A stretch of DNA of 64,000 nucleotides. It comes from Bacteroidetes bacterium OLB10 (lineage in GTDB: Bacteria > Bacteroidota > Bacteroidia > AKYH767-A > OLB10). The stretch is taken from positions 64,056 to 128,055 of the forward strand of contig LNBX01000026.1 in assembly GCA_001567275.1 (NCBI GenBank), written 5' to 3'. The translations under genes and the position numbers were made by a program. Below, piece after piece: positions 1 through 11,672 of this stretch (its first letter is position 1; each line of letters opens with the position of its first letter). The notes beneath the pieces are model-generated. The model worked only from the letters and a program-made list of their open reading frames with translations, was not told where the DNA came from and did no database searches.

Positions 1-1396
1 AACAACAAAACCATTGCTTCCCAAAGGGTCAGAACTACTATCCGGAAGATTTATATTATCAAAATTAACAGTTAGTAAATTTGAATTAGACAAACTATAA
101 GTGTAAGGGTGACTTGCATACATGACCTCCACTGAGGAAACGACCAATTTAGTATCAATTTGATTCTTTGTTTTAATATTAATGGCACTGGCATTCCCAG
201 TATTTTGAAAATGCACTATGTAATATAAATAATTCTGATTTGATACAAATGAAGGAGAAACATCTTCATTAGGAATAACCTCTAAATAATTTGGATCATA
301 TCCACTCACTGTAATCTGATTCAATGTGTCATAATTATCAAAGTCTGTTGTATCACCAGCTATCGGATTTATGACAGCTGTAGATTGTAAAGGTGTTCCT
401 AAACTTATTGTAGCAGGTAAACTCACCTCTACCTTAAAGAATCCTTGTCCGCATGATGGTAAGTTGTGAATATACCAACCAAGATAATTACCATTGATAG
501 AATCTTGAGGTGGAATAGCCTGCTGGAAAACATAATTAGAGTCGAATCTAAATTCCAGATATCCATTCATTACATTATTTCCAACGTTCTGATAATTTAC
601 ATATAAGTTCTCGTTAAACCCTGGTCTTGGGTTAGGGTGGTTGGTAATAAAAGTCCTTAAATCATTGACGTTTCCATTATCATAACCTCTATACAAAGTA
701 AGTATTTCAACCGGGTTTAATACTCTGTCATATATCCGAATATCATCAATTGCACCATTAAAGAAATAACTAACTGATGCCCCATTGGTTGTCATCATGC
801 TACCTCCAATACATAAAGTCTTACTCTTATTTACAATCATTTGAGCTCCTTGCTTCATTAACTTAAGTGACCCATTTCTATACACCTGCATCATATTCTG
901 AGAAGTGCTTGAAATAAATACATAATGTTCCCAACCAGGCTGGAAAAATGTACCTACTTCTCCAAGTCGCCCTTGAGTATTTATATTTCCATAATCCCAA
1001 AAAGTGGAAGATGTCCCTTTATGACTATAGTAAACACCTGCAAAAATTCTATCTTGTACTGAATCTGGAATATAAGTAATCATCCCTTGTGTTGCAACAC
1101 TTGAAGCTCTTACCCACATACTAATTGAAATCTCACCACCTGGAATAATTGATCCAAAATTGTTGATTGTGATATTCTGGTTAACACCATTAAATAAATA
1201 AGCAGAATTGGGGTTGCCATTTCTGTCAGAAGTAAGCACAGCTCCATTATTAGTGCCATTAAACCCATTCCCGGAATTATCTAAAGTGTTCCCGCTAAAG
1301 TCATATCTGGCTCTCAATCCGAGGCTAAGATTCACTTGACTATAAATGAAAAATGGCGCTAAAACCAAATAGCATGTAAATAGTAAAGTTTTCATA
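1..1396 (-). CDS. secreted LamG/concanavalin-like domain protein; the N-terminal part lies in the window and the C-terminus runs off the window edge
   Basis: ATG at 1394-1396 followed by a signal-peptide-like N-terminus (MKTLLFTCYLVLAPFFI). A motif NGAIDDIRIYDRVLNPVEI is typical of the laminin-G/ConA-like fold. The reading frame stays open to position 1. Confidence 0.5.
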
Positions 1397-1450
1397 AAGC
1401 ATTTTTTTTCAAATGTATATAAATTTTTTCTAAAAATACTTCTATTTAAA

Positions 1451-2179
1451 TTATTTTTTTGCACTTATTACCAATGAACCTGCAATCTCCTTAATTCCGG
1501 GAATTTTTTCAAACACTCTACCCATTGCATTTACAAATGGAATTGAGAAATCCGGGATTAAAGGATACAAAAAGTCATAAGGTATAACCTCCACATTAAT
1601 AAAGCCCGAAGATTTTATTTGCTCTTTCAATTTCCATCGGATAAATGCAGTTTCATGAGGGCAATCTCCGGCTCGATTTTTCAGGAAAGGTATCTTCTTT
1701 TGAAGGAAAATATGAGGATTTAGCATATTAGGTTCTGCAAATACCATCCTTCCACCGGGCTTTAATGTCCGATAAATTTCTTTTAAAGTATTAACATAAT
1801 TCAGGTGATGCAAGACAGAACTTCCGAATATAACATCAAAGTAATCATCATTGAACTCTAATTTCATTGCATCCATCTGCTTGAACTCCGAATGATTATA
1901 TTTACTTCTTGCGACAGATAATAATTCATTTGAAATATCAATAGCGATAATTTTCGCTTTTGTCTCTTGATACACCATATCTGTGAACAAGCCTGTACCA
2001 CAACCTAGCTCCAGAATACTTGATTCAGAATTTATTTCACCTTTCGAAATAAAAAATTGGGATCTCCTTTTTGCCCGTAAAATGCCTGTTGGTGCATCCC
2101 AACGCCATACCGCTTCAGCTTTATGTGCAATTGCTTTGCCCTGAATTATTTCTTGCTCTAATCTGGACTGCTCAATCAA
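1451..2179 (-). CDS. class I SAM-dependent methyltransferase (Methyltransf_11-like)
   Basis: Motif I ILELGCGTGLFT is present; 242 aa; stop codon abuts the start of the downstream ORF. Confidence 0.75.
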   Translation of the reverse strand: MIEQSRLEQEIIQGKAIAHKAEAVWRWDAPTGILRAKRRSQFFISKGEINSESSILELGCGTGLFTDMVYQETKAKIIAIDISNELLSVARSKYNHSEFKQMDAMKLEFNDDYFDVIFGSSVLHHLNYVNTLKEIYRTLKPGGRMVFAEPNMLNPHIFLQKKIPFLKNRAGDCPHETAFIRWKLKEQIKSSGFINVEVIPYDFLYPLIPDFSIPFVNAMGRVFEKIPGIKEIAGSLVISAKK

Positions 2180-2180
2180 A

Positions 2181-3877
2181 TTAATAATTTATTTTATACA
2201 AATATGTTGGCTCCACGTTACCAATTTGCTTGATTAGAGTAAGTTTTCCAGGGTATTTTTGAGCAACAGGTTGCATCATCCTGTGAATAGTATTAATAAT
2301 AAATCCATCATTTCTTTTTGGATTCCTTCTTAAACTAGCCAGCATTACATGTGTCACTCCATTAGCCTTAAACTGACTTAACACCGAATCAGGATTGGTG
2401 CTTGACACTGTATATATCGGATAAAATTCTCTCCCATTAGCATAAATAAATGACATAGGTGCTTTTCTACTGGCCACATAATCTCCTGATGGTAAACTAT
2501 CACCACACCATTTGCTCATTTTTAAAAAATTCACCCAATCATCTGTATAACCATAATACCTATCACCTTTGATGTTATTTACTAATATAGGTATATTCGA
2601 TTTAGCTTTTACTAATGAATGAACTGTACTGTTGAATACAAGAATTGTTATGAAAACAACCAAAATAACTTGCAAAAATTTTTGCTTTTAAGAAAAGAAT
2701 AACTAATAAGAGGTTCAAACAATAAGACGAGAATGAATGGTAAAAACACAAGAATTAAACGATACTGATCCCAGCTTTTTTGTACTGCAACAAAAGTTAT
2801 TGCTGTCATTGCGCTGGCATAAAGCATAAATAATTTTAAAAAGTTATTCTTCTTTTTTATAATAAGCACAAAACAAATAATTGCGACAACCAAGAATATT
2901 AATCCTAAACCAGGTTTTATCACATAATCATTTTCATTTACAAATCCTAATATCTGATAGAATCGCTTAGATATATATAACCCGTAATTATCAAAAAAAC
3001 GTTGAATATAGCCCATTAAATCTTCTGTTCCTTTTGATGGATCATATGGATCCTTTTGAACAATTAAGCTGGAACCTTGAGCTGCGAATTGATTCTTACT
3101 TCCCCACACAGCACTTCTTAGAAACTCAAATGGAACTCTGAAAATCAGAAATGACAATATGAATAATAAAAAGACTATAACCTTTCTTATTTATAGCAAA
3201 AAATAAAAGGATTGGAATTAATGCTCCTATCGCCACATTTCGTGAAAGCGTCATTATAAAAAGCACAAAAGCAGATAGCAACCAAATCCTTATATCTCCA
3301 ATACTTTTTGTCTCTATCGCGTCACTCTTTTCATAAGCTTTATAAAAAACAAGGAAGAATAAAACCTGAAGAAAAAAGAAAAAATTGTTCAGTAAAAGTT
3401 ACACTTGAATAATAAATAAAATAATAATTGACTGATTGAATAAACATCACTAAAAACAAAACAATATAAGATATCCTGTTTTTAAATAACCTATAGAAAA
3501 ACACAACATTTAATATCGTAAAAATCACGGATGTCAATTTTAACCAAAACAAGTTGATACCAAAAATTCTGACAACAACAGATAACATCATTGGGTAAAA
3601 TGGGGCATTAGGAGTATAATAACCAAAAAAAGTCCTTAGCAAAACGAAATGCATCTTCAATATACATTGAATCATCATTTGCCTCACTAATCTTTAAGTT
3701 GAAATGCAAGAAAATAAAAATCACATTTAGAATCAGAACTGATATAAAAACCTTCTTATGGTTTTCATTTAACCAATATTCTAATTTTTCTAAAATACCT
3801 TTCTGTTTGATTGGTAATTTTTGCGCTTTTACCTTTTCCCCTTTTTTATGTGGAGATTTTAGTTTTTCATATATCAA
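2181..3877 (-). pseudogene. GT-C fold membrane glycosyltransferase (ArnT/PMT, GT39/83-like) broken into four or more frame-shifted pieces
   Basis: ORF fragments 3608-3877, 3340-3687, 2648-3157 and 2181-2675 overlap in different frames. All are polytopic membrane segments (FGINLFWLKLTSVIF...). Their sum (~565 aa) matches one ArnT-like protein. A-run tracts such as A7 at 3625-3631 sit at the junctions. Confidence 0.45.
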
Positions 3878-3922
3878 CTAAATTAGCGTTCTATTCTTCT
3901 CCTCTTTACTCAAGCAAATTTC

Positions 3923-4564
3923 TTAGCATCTGCTAAAAAATTTCTCCAGACCTATGTCGGTAAGTGGATGTTTAAGCAGGTCGGTGATGGCGCTTAGCGG
4001 ACATGTAGCTACATCGGCACCAAGCTTTGCACAGTTGATGATGTGCATGGCATGACGTATGCTTGCTGCAAGTATCTGCGTTTTGAAATTGTAGTTGTCA
4101 TAAATCTCTCTGATTTCGGCAATCAGTTGCAAACCATCGGTGCTCACATCGTCAAGTCTTCCAATAAATGGTGAAACATAGGAAGCACCTGCTTTGGCAG
4201 CAAGTAATGCCTGCCCGGGCGAAAACACCAGCGTACAGTTGGTGCGTATGCCTTTAGACGTAAAATAATGTATGGCTTTCACTCCGTCTTTTATCATCGG
4301 AACTTTCACAACAATTTGTTTATGCAGTTTGGCAAGTTCTTCGCCTTCTGCCACGATGCCTTTAAAATCTGTAGCAATAACTTCTGCACTCACATCACCC
4401 GAAACAATGTTGCAAATGTCCACATAATGCTGCATAACTGCATCGCGTCCTTTAATTCCTTCTTTGGCCATCAGTGTGGGGTTGGTAGTCACGCCATCCA
4501 GTACACCCAGTTCATTAGCTTCCTTTATTTGTGCAAGGTTTGCTGTATCAATAAAAAATTTCAT
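3923..4564 (-). CDS. tal: fructose-6-phosphate aldolase / short transaldolase (TalC/Fsa family)
   Basis: N-terminus MKFFIDTANLAQIKEANELGVLDGVTTNPTL is diagnostic; 213 aa. Confidence 0.85.
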   Translation of the reverse strand: MKFFIDTANLAQIKEANELGVLDGVTTNPTLMAKEGIKGRDAVMQHYVDICNIVSGDVSAEVIATDFKGIVAEGEELAKLHKQIVVKVPMIKDGVKAIHYFTSKGIRTNCTLVFSPGQALLAAKAGASYVSPFIGRLDDVSTDGLQLIAEIREIYDNYNFKTQILAASIRHAMHIINCAKLGADVATCPLSAITDLLKHPLTDIGLEKFFSRC

Positions 4565-4592
4565 CTGTTTAAATTAATTCGTTTGTCTGATT

Positions 4593-5168
4593 TTATTTTT
4601 CGCTGTCAATGGCGCTGCACAGGTTTCCAAAAATTTCTTCAATGGAGCCAACTCCATTTATTCCTTTAAATTTATTCTGTGCTTTATAATACTCGGCAAC
4701 AGCTGCTGTTTTGCTGTTATATTCATCAATTCTTTTTTTGATAATATCGGTATTTCGGTCATCTGCTCTGCCTGAATCTTTTCCTCTTAGCAACAATCGT
4801 TTGGTAAGTTCTTCTTCACTCACTTCAAGCGCCAGCATCAGTGTAATAGTAGTATTTCTTTTTGCAAGCAGTGCATCCAGCGCTTCGGCCTGTGCTTTGG
4901 TTCGCGGGAATCCGTCAAAGATAAATCCTTTGGCTTCAGAGTTAGCATCTAATTTTGAATTTATCATTCCTATCACTACTTCATCGGGGACTAGTATTCC
5001 CTGGTCCATCAGCTTTTTTGCTTCCATACCCAGTGCCGTTTGTGCTGCAATTTCGCTTCTGAGAATATCGCCTGTGCTCAGATGTACCAGTTGATAGTAA
5101 TGAATAAGTTTTTCGGACTGAGTTCCTTTGCCTGCACCCGGAGGGCCAAATAAAACAAGGTTGAGCAT
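4593..5168 (-). CDS. adk: adenylate kinase
   Basis: P-loop GPPGAGKGTQ is present; 191 aa. Confidence 0.9.
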   Translation of the reverse strand: MLNLVLFGPPGAGKGTQSEKLIHYYQLVHLSTGDILRSEIAAQTALGMEAKKLMDQGILVPDEVVIGMINSKLDANSEAKGFIFDGFPRTKAQAEALDALLAKRNTTITLMLALEVSEEELTKRLLLRGKDSGRADDRNTDIIKKRIDEYNSKTAAVAEYYKAQNKFKGINGVGSIEEIFGNLCSAIDSEK

Positions 5169-5254
5169 TCTTTAAAATTGTTGATCAGTAAAAAAAATAT
5201 TTCAAGTTAACGAAGGTAGTGTTTTTAGAGAAAAAAACTTTCATCCCGGCTCTG

Positions 5255-5794
5255 TTAACTTTTTTTAAGTACATAAATATCCTGAAGATTTCGTCCGTAG
5301 CCATCGTAATCAAGCCCGTAACCAACCACAAATTCAGGGTCAATTTCAAATCCGCAGTAATCAACTTTTACCGGTTTTTGAAGTGCTGCAGGCTTAAACA
5401 ACAGCGTAACAAGTTTTACCGAGGCAGGCTGATGTTGTGATAGTTCTTTCATCAGAAATGTAAGTGTTTCACCGGTGTCAACAATATCTTCAATAAGAAT
5501 AATATGCCGCCCTTTCAGGTTCCCTGATAATCCTACAACCTGTTTCATGGTGCCGGTGGAAGTGGTTCCGCTGTACGATGAAACGCGGATGAAAGAAACT
5601 TCGCAGGGAGTTTCTATATTTCGGAACAAATCAGCCATGAACAGAAAAGCACCGTTGAGCACACCAATAAAAACCGGATTCTTGTTCTTATATTCAGCAT
5701 TGAGTTGCGATGCAATTTCTTTTACGCGGTTTTCAATCTGCTTCCGCGAAATCATCACTTCAAAATTTTTGTCTAATATGGTAACTTCCTGCAT
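5255..5794 (-). CDS. hpt: hypoxanthine phosphoribosyltransferase
   Basis: PRPP-binding motif ILIEDIVDTGETL is present; 179 aa. Confidence 0.9.
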   Translation of the reverse strand: MQEVTILDKNFEVMISRKQIENRVKEIASQLNAEYKNKNPVFIGVLNGAFLFMADLFRNIETPCEVSFIRVSSYSGTTSTGTMKQVVGLSGNLKGRHIILIEDIVDTGETLTFLMKELSQHQPASVKLVTLLFKPAALQKPVKVDYCGFEIDPEFVVGYGLDYDGYGRNLQDIYVLKKS

Positions 5795-5879
5795 AAGCCT
5801 TTTTGGGAGCCGCTAAAGTAGGAGTTTTTTAGTTGTGCCCCTTATTAAATTTTAGTACCGATAATTAAAACACGTAAGC

Positions 5880-5887
5880 TACTTTTG
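5880..5887 (+). promoter_or_regulatory. candidate -7 box TACTTTTG upstream of purK
   Basis: TAnnTTTG match 20 nt upstream of ATG 5908, in the divergent hpt/purK spacer. Confidence 0.3.
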
Positions 5888-5907
5888 TGTTATATTTTCT
5901 GAAGTTT

Positions 5908-7041
5908 ATGCATCATCTTAAAACAAATACCATTCTCGGAATATTGGGCGGAGGCCAACTTGGCAAAATGCTTCTGCAAAAGGCTGCCGATTTCAATATG
6001 AATACACACGTACTCGACCCTGACGAAAATGCTCCATGCAGGCATTTGTGTAAAGTGTTTAATCATGGCGATTTCAGAGATTATGATGCGGTAATGGCAT
6101 TTGGAAATGAATGTGATATTCTGACCATTGAAATTGAAAATGTAAATATTGAAGCATTATATGAACTGGAAAAACTGGGTAAAAAAGTTTTTCCTCAGCC
6201 ACATATTATTGCAATGGCACAGGACAAAGGAAAGCAGAAACAGTTTTATGCAGATCATCAGTTGCCCACTGCTCCTTTTTATATGGTGAATAATAAAGAA
6301 CAAATTAAAAAAGATCGTTTCCCCATAGTGCAAAAACTTTGCAAAGGCGGATATGACGGCAAAGGCGTGAAAATACTGCGCTCAGAAAATGATTTGGCAG
6401 ATGCATTCAACGAGCCAAGCGTTATTGAAAATTGTATTGACATTGACAAAGAAATTGCAGTGATAACTGCACGTAATACCGATGGACGGATAAAAACTTT
6501 TCCTGTTGTGGAAATGCTTTTCAACAAAGAAGCCAATCTGGTTGAGTTGCTCTTCAGTCCTTCTGCACTTTCAGATATTCAGCAGCAGCGCGCTGTTGAA
6601 ATAGCAGAGAATTTAATTAAAGACCTTGGCATGGTAGGATTGCTTGCCGTAGAAATGTTTGTTACCAAAACAGGCGAAATTCTGATTAATGAAATTGCTC
6701 CTCGTCCTCACAACAGTGGACATCATACCATTGAAGCCAATGCAGTTTCGCAATTCGAGCAACATCTGCGTGCTATTTATAATCTTCCTCTTGCCGATAC
6801 TTCTGTGCGTTCGGCTGCTGCCATGATCAACCTTCTTGGCGAAAAAAATTATACCGGTGATGCTATTTATGAGGGACTGGATAAAGCTTTGCAAGCAGGT
6901 CATGTGCATATACATTTATATGGCAAAAAAACCACACGTCCTTTTCGCAAAATGGGTCATGCCACCATTACGGCACCTACAGTAGAAGAAGCCATAAGCC
7001 TGGCACGTCAGGTGCAACAAGTGCTTAAAATTATCAGTTGA
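5908..7041 (+). CDS. purK: N5-carboxyaminoimidazole ribonucleotide synthase (ATP-grasp)
   Basis: ILGILGGGQLGKM N-terminus and ATP-grasp core. ATG at 5908 is preferred over GTG at 5887 because a TAnnTTTG box overlaps 5880-5887. Confidence 0.85.
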   Translation: MHHLKTNTILGILGGGQLGKMLLQKAADFNMNTHVLDPDENAPCRHLCKVFNHGDFRDYDAVMAFGNECDILTIEIENVNIEALYELEKLGKKVFPQPHIIAMAQDKGKQKQFYADHQLPTAPFYMVNNKEQIKKDRFPIVQKLCKGGYDGKGVKILRSENDLADAFNEPSVIENCIDIDKEIAVITARNTDGRIKTFPVVEMLFNKEANLVELLFSPSALSDIQQQRAVEIAENLIKDLGMVGLLAVEMFVTKTGEILINEIAPRPHNSGHHTIEANAVSQFEQHLRAIYNLPLADTSVRSAAAMINLLGEKNYTGDAIYEGLDKALQAGHVHIHLYGKKTTRPFRKMGHATITAPTVEEAISLARQVQQVLKIIS

Positions 7042-7861
7042 AATAAAGTGTGCGGTTGCCTAATTCCTGACCGGTAATGGCTTTGTATTGTTGAAGCAAT
7101 TCCTGATGTACTGCTGAGTCGGCTTCATGCCCTTCAATAAACAAAGCATCGGTGCTGAGTTTAACAGTTGCAAGATTATTTTCAATAAGCCCTTTCTTTT
7201 TCAAAGTAGAAAACAGATACTCCACAAATTTGCGGCTTGCTGTATTTTCTTTGTCAACGCCCATTTTGCTCATCGCTCCTTTGGCCTCGGCAATTACATC
7301 ATCATATTGCGACCATTCACTTTCGTTCAGTTCGTTGTTGTTAAGCATTACTTTATCTACCTGGCCTCCTCTGAAAAACACTTTAAATTGTCCTTCATCG
7401 TTTTGTATGTTCACGGTTTGATTTTCTACAATATAACCGGAGGATTTTTTCTCTACGTGAGTGATTTTATTTTTCAGCGGTGCCGGTTCAGCAGCTTTTT
7501 CATTAGCTGAAGGTGCTGCTGTTTCTTCTGCTGCAGAAGTTACATTTTCATCAGCATGTTCAGCTGCTGAGGGTTGTTCAGCAGCAGGAATGGTTGTTTC
7601 ATTCACAGGTGTTGTGCTCTCTTGCTGTGGCTGAGTTGTGGTTTCTACAGCATTGTTGTTAAGCACAAGATAGGCTCCTCCTCCCAAAACCAAAGCAGCA
7701 AAAACAGCAAGGATGGCATATTTCCATTGTAGTGATTGCTTAGCCGAAGTTTTGATTTCTGAAGCCTTTATGTTAAACTGTTCGCTGGCTTCTTCAAAAG
7801 TAACCATTGGCTCAGTGTTTCTGGCTGAGTCAAAAAGTTGATCTAACTTGTTATTCTCCAT
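7034..7861 (-). CDS. putative anti-sigma factor (single TM, low-complexity A/E/T/P-rich linker)
   Basis: Lies immediately downstream of the ECF sigma gene. One TM helix (WKYAILAVFAALVLGGGAYLVL) is present. Stop overlaps the purK stop convergently. Confidence 0.4.
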   Translation of the reverse strand: MENNKLDQLFDSARNTEPMVTFEEASEQFNIKASEIKTSAKQSLQWKYAILAVFAALVLGGGAYLVLNNNAVETTTQPQQESTTPVNETTIPAAEQPSAAEHADENVTSAAEETAAPSANEKAAEPAPLKNKITHVEKKSSGYIVENQTVNIQNDEGQFKVFFRGGQVDKVMLNNNELNESEWSQYDDVIAEAKGAMSKMGVDKENTASRKFVEYLFSTLKKKGLIENNLATVKLSTDALFIEGHEADSAVHQELLQQYKAITGQELGNRTLYFN

Positions 7862-7879
7862 GGTGATAAATTACTGCAA

Positions 7880-8398
7880 TTATACAATTTGTTCTTCTAA
7901 TATTTTCTTTAGCGCTTCACGTGCTCTTGAAACGCGGCTTTTCACTGCAGAGAGGCTGTCGCCCTGAATCTGCTGTATTTCATTTAATGTCAAACCTGAT
8001 ATTTCAAATAACACGATGGCTTCTTTTTGTTTCAATGGCAACTGATCCAGTGCACGGTACAAATCTTTCACTTCCAGCTTTACTTCGGCTCCTGCACTTT
8101 CGTCCATCACCTGCTCGCTTTGCTCGGTATCATACACATGGCTCATCTTCTTTTTTCTGTCCTGCATGCGGTAAACCAACCGGCTGGCAACCGTAAACAG
8201 ATAACTCAGCAAAGCTTCGTGATGACGGATGGTTTCAAATTTCTGATAAGCTATCAGCATCGTCTCACTCACAATATCCTTTACGTCTTCACGGTTATAA
8301 ACCATGGTTTGTACAAACCGTACAAGCCTGTCGTGTAAAGGTTTGTATGCCTCTGTGAAAACTTTCTGTTTTCCTGTTACTTGTTCCGCAGCAGACAT
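7880..8398 (-). CDS. RNA polymerase sigma-70 family ECF sigma factor
   Basis: Sigma70 region 2 and region 4 (LNEIQQIQGDSLSAVKSRVSRAREAL) are recognisable; 172 aa. Confidence 0.8.
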   Translation of the reverse strand: MSAAEQVTGKQKVFTEAYKPLHDRLVRFVQTMVYNREDVKDIVSETMLIAYQKFETIRHHEALLSYLFTVASRLVYRMQDRKKKMSHVYDTEQSEQVMDESAGAEVKLEVKDLYRALDQLPLKQKEAIVLFEISGLTLNEIQQIQGDSLSAVKSRVSRAREALKKILEEQIV

Positions 8399-8508
8399 TC
8401 TTTCAGTTATTCAGTAAGAGCAACTTAGGTGCATAAAGTTGCAGATGATTGTTTTTTATTTTCAGGAAGTAAATTTAAGAATAATTTTACAGCCTGAAAT
8501 CTAATGAC

Positions 8509-9462
8509 ATGCAGGCTTTATCAACAACAAATTTCAATTTCAAAGGTCAGACTGCTTTTTACAAAGGCAAGGTCAGGGACGTATATACCATTGAAGATAA
8601 ATGGCTTGTAATGGTGGTCACTGACCGCGTTTCGGCATTTGATGTGGTATTGCCCAGAGCTATTCCATACAAAGGTGCAGTGCTTAATCAGATTGCTGCT
8701 CATTTTATGGAAGCCACATCACACATTGTGCCCAACTGGATAGTGGCAGTGCCTGATGAACAGGTAACTATAGGGATTCCATGCGACCCGCTGAAAGTTG
8801 AAATGGTGATAAGAGGTTATCTGTCGGGGCATGCATGGCGCGAATACCGTAGTGGCAAGCGTATGCTGTGCGGTGTAAAACTCCCCGAAGGGCTGCATGA
8901 AAGCGACCCTCTGCCCTCGCCCATCATCACACCAACTACCAAGGCTTCGCAAGGACATGATCAGGATATCAGCAAGGACGAAATCATTAAGCAAAACATT
9001 GTACCGGAAACCATCTATGAGCAGGTGGAGCATTACACCCATCAACTCTATAAAAAAGGATCGGAAATGGCTGCTGCACGCGGACTGATCTTGGTTGACA
9101 CCAAATATGAATTCGGAATGCACAACGGCAAGGTGTATCTGATTGATGAAATACACACGCCCGACTCATCACGTTATTTTTATGCTGATGGATATGAGCA
9201 GAGACAGCAAAACAAAGAACCGCAGAAACAACTTTCGAAAGAATTTTTGAGACAATGGTTAATTGAAAATAATTTTCAGGGCTTACCCGGACAATCCGTT
9301 CCTGTGATGACTGATGAAGTAGTACAGATGGTTTCAGAAAGATACATTGAACTATTTGAACATATCACAGGAAAACATTTCAGCAAAACCGAACCGGCAA
9401 ATATCGAACAACGAATTTTTGAAAATATTAACCGTGCTCTGGAAAATCTTTCATCAAAATAA
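8509..9462 (+). CDS. purC: phosphoribosylaminoimidazole-succinocarboxamide synthase (SAICAR synthetase)
   Basis: YKGKVRDVY motif and SAICAR synthetase fold length (317 aa). Confidence 0.9.
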   Translation: MQALSTTNFNFKGQTAFYKGKVRDVYTIEDKWLVMVVTDRVSAFDVVLPRAIPYKGAVLNQIAAHFMEATSHIVPNWIVAVPDEQVTIGIPCDPLKVEMVIRGYLSGHAWREYRSGKRMLCGVKLPEGLHESDPLPSPIITPTTKASQGHDQDISKDEIIKQNIVPETIYEQVEHYTHQLYKKGSEMAAARGLILVDTKYEFGMHNGKVYLIDEIHTPDSSRYFYADGYEQRQQNKEPQKQLSKEFLRQWLIENNFQGLPGQSVPVMTDEVVQMVSERYIELFEHITGKHFSKTEPANIEQRIFENINRALENLSSK

Positions 9463-9767
9463 TGTTTTGTTTTAATCCGGTTGAGGAGAATTGCATCCTG
9501 TTCTGTATTCTGCTTCTAAGTTAAATCAAAATGAAGGTGATTTTACACCTCAAGCACCTGAAAAGAAGGTGATGTGCATGGAATAAATTATTCAGTCCGG
9601 CAGGAGTAAACGCTACCTGCACAGTTGAATAACAATAAATTGAAAATTGTTATTTAGGTAACCTCCACACGCGCCACTCCATTTACTGATTAGAATCACC
9701 TGAAGCCAATAATCTGCGGTAGTTTTATTCACTACTTTCGCCTGCTGTATTTTATCCCCCCATCAAA

Positions 9768-11559
9768 TTGAAAAATCACTCTCCTCATAGTTTTCATATT
9801 CCTGTATTAGGATTAAGTTTCAGCGTTGACACTCCTTCCAAAGTAGCCCGTTACGGCATTTCTTCCGTTATGTCTATAATGGATGACGGACTTCTTGAAA
9901 ACTTACGCGCTTTTTATTGCCATCAGCATAAGTTCCCGTTTCATCATATCACAAAAAAAGAATACGACTCACGAGCAAAACGAATCACTGCTTATCTCAA
10001 CACCATCAAACGAATCGTAGATAAACAGTTTGGTGAATTGCAGCAAATGGAATTTAAAGAAGGTACAGATCTCTGGAAGTATTTTGAATTACTTCCTGAT
10101 AATTCAGCTTTGAAAATTTCGTTTGAACGCATGTGTGCTGAACAAGATGTTGCAGCAAAAGAGCAAATGCAAAATCACTTACGCAAACAAATAACACCCG
10201 GAAGTATTGATGTAAATATCATGGCAAAAGTGGACAACCCTACTTACAATCATAAGGGTGAGCCTATGCCTGATGAATTTTCTGATGCATTGAGTGCTTT
10301 GCGTGGTTATGCACTAAGCGATTTAGAGTCTTCCATTATTTTTTCGGCAGGATATAATCCCAGGCTTTACAGTTATATCGAGCATTTTGAAGATTTCTAT
10401 CCCGACAATGATGTCCTGAAAAAGAAAATCATTTTAAAAGTGAGTGATTACCGTTCAGCATTGGTTCAGGGAAAAATTCTTGCAAAAAAAGGACTTTGGG
10501 TTTCTGATTTCAGAATAGAATCAGGCCTGAATTGTGGAGGCCATGCTTTTGCCACTGACGGACTTTTGCTGGGTCCAATCCTGGAAGAATTCAGAAAAAA
10601 CAAAAAATCTTTGCATGCCGAACTTTTTTGAAATGTGCAATCAGGCACTGAAAGCTAAAGGAAGAAAAGAATTTTCTGCAATGCCTGTTCAGAGGATAAC
10701 TGCTCAGGGTGGCGTGGGGAATAACGATGAACATCAGTTTCTTTTGTCGTATTTTGAACTGGATGGCGTAGGCTGGGGTAGCCCGTTCCTGTTGGTGCCC
10801 GAAGCAACCAATGTTGATGATGAAACACTTCAAAAACTGGCTACTGCAGTAAAGGAAGATTATTACTTAAGTTATGCATCACCATTGGGAGTGCCATTTA
10901 ATAACTTCAGGAAAAGCAGTGGCGAAGCACAACGCAAAGAGCGTATTGTCAAAAACCGACCGGGAAGTCCCTGTTATAAAAAACTGCTGTCGAGCAATAC
11001 GGAATTTACCGAAAAAATAATCTGTACCTCATCGCGTCAATACCAAAATTTGAAAATAAAACAGATAAAATCACTCTCTGTTTCTGATGCCGAAAAACAA
11101 CAGCTCATAGACCAGATTGAAGAAAAAGACTGCCTGTGCGAAGGGCTTACTTCTTCTGTTCTTCTTAAAAATAAAATTCCGGTACCGCATAACATCAATG
11201 CAGTAACCATTTGCCCGGGTCCCAATCTGGCATATTTTTCAGGAGTACATACGCTAAAAGAAATGATTGGCCATATCTATGGCAGGATTAATCTGAATAA
11301 TAAACTGGAGCGACCCAATATGTTTATTAATGAACTGCAGTTATACATAGATTATCTGCAACGTCAGATAACTGAATTTGGCGACTCCATCAGCGAAAAG
11401 CAGAAGAAATATATAGATAAATTCAAGTCGAACCTGCAGTCAGGCATTGATTATTATAAAAACCTCCTGCCTCGATTTACAAATTTTTCATTCAACGCTT
11501 TACAATTAAACTCACTGGAGATGCAACTGGCAAATACCGGTATTTTCGAGGAAGTTTAA
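9768..11559 (+). CDS. hypothetical ~600-aa protein of unrecognised family, split by a frameshift in homopolymer tracts at 10595-10628
   Basis: ORFs 9768-10631 and 10534-11559 overlap in different frames across A6/A6/T6 runs. Removing one T at 10623-10628 joins them (…SLHAELFEMCNQALKAKG…). No family recognised. The first in-frame start is TTG at 9768; the first ATG lies about 35 codons downstream (MSIMDD). Confidence 0.4.
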
Positions 11560-11672
11560 TGCTGTTGCGCGTGTATGCACCTGAATTAAGTTGTCAACGA
11601 TTTTGAGTCCGTGATTGTGTATGAGACAAGCAAGTTTTTTCACTTACTTTGAAACTTTAATTCCAATCTTCA

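Noticed and set aside
4268-5094. Plus-strand ORFs of 133 and 127 aa overlapping tal and adk
   Set aside because: Antisense to highly conserved genes, low-complexity Ser/Phe-rich translations, no promoter or RBS context.
9463-9767. Possible riboswitch or leader peptide in the 305-bp spacer after purC
   Set aside because: I could not recognise any known riboswitch core; there are only short weak hairpins and a 13-codon ORF (MKVILHLKHLKRR). It is kept as part of finding 2 rather than called as a feature.
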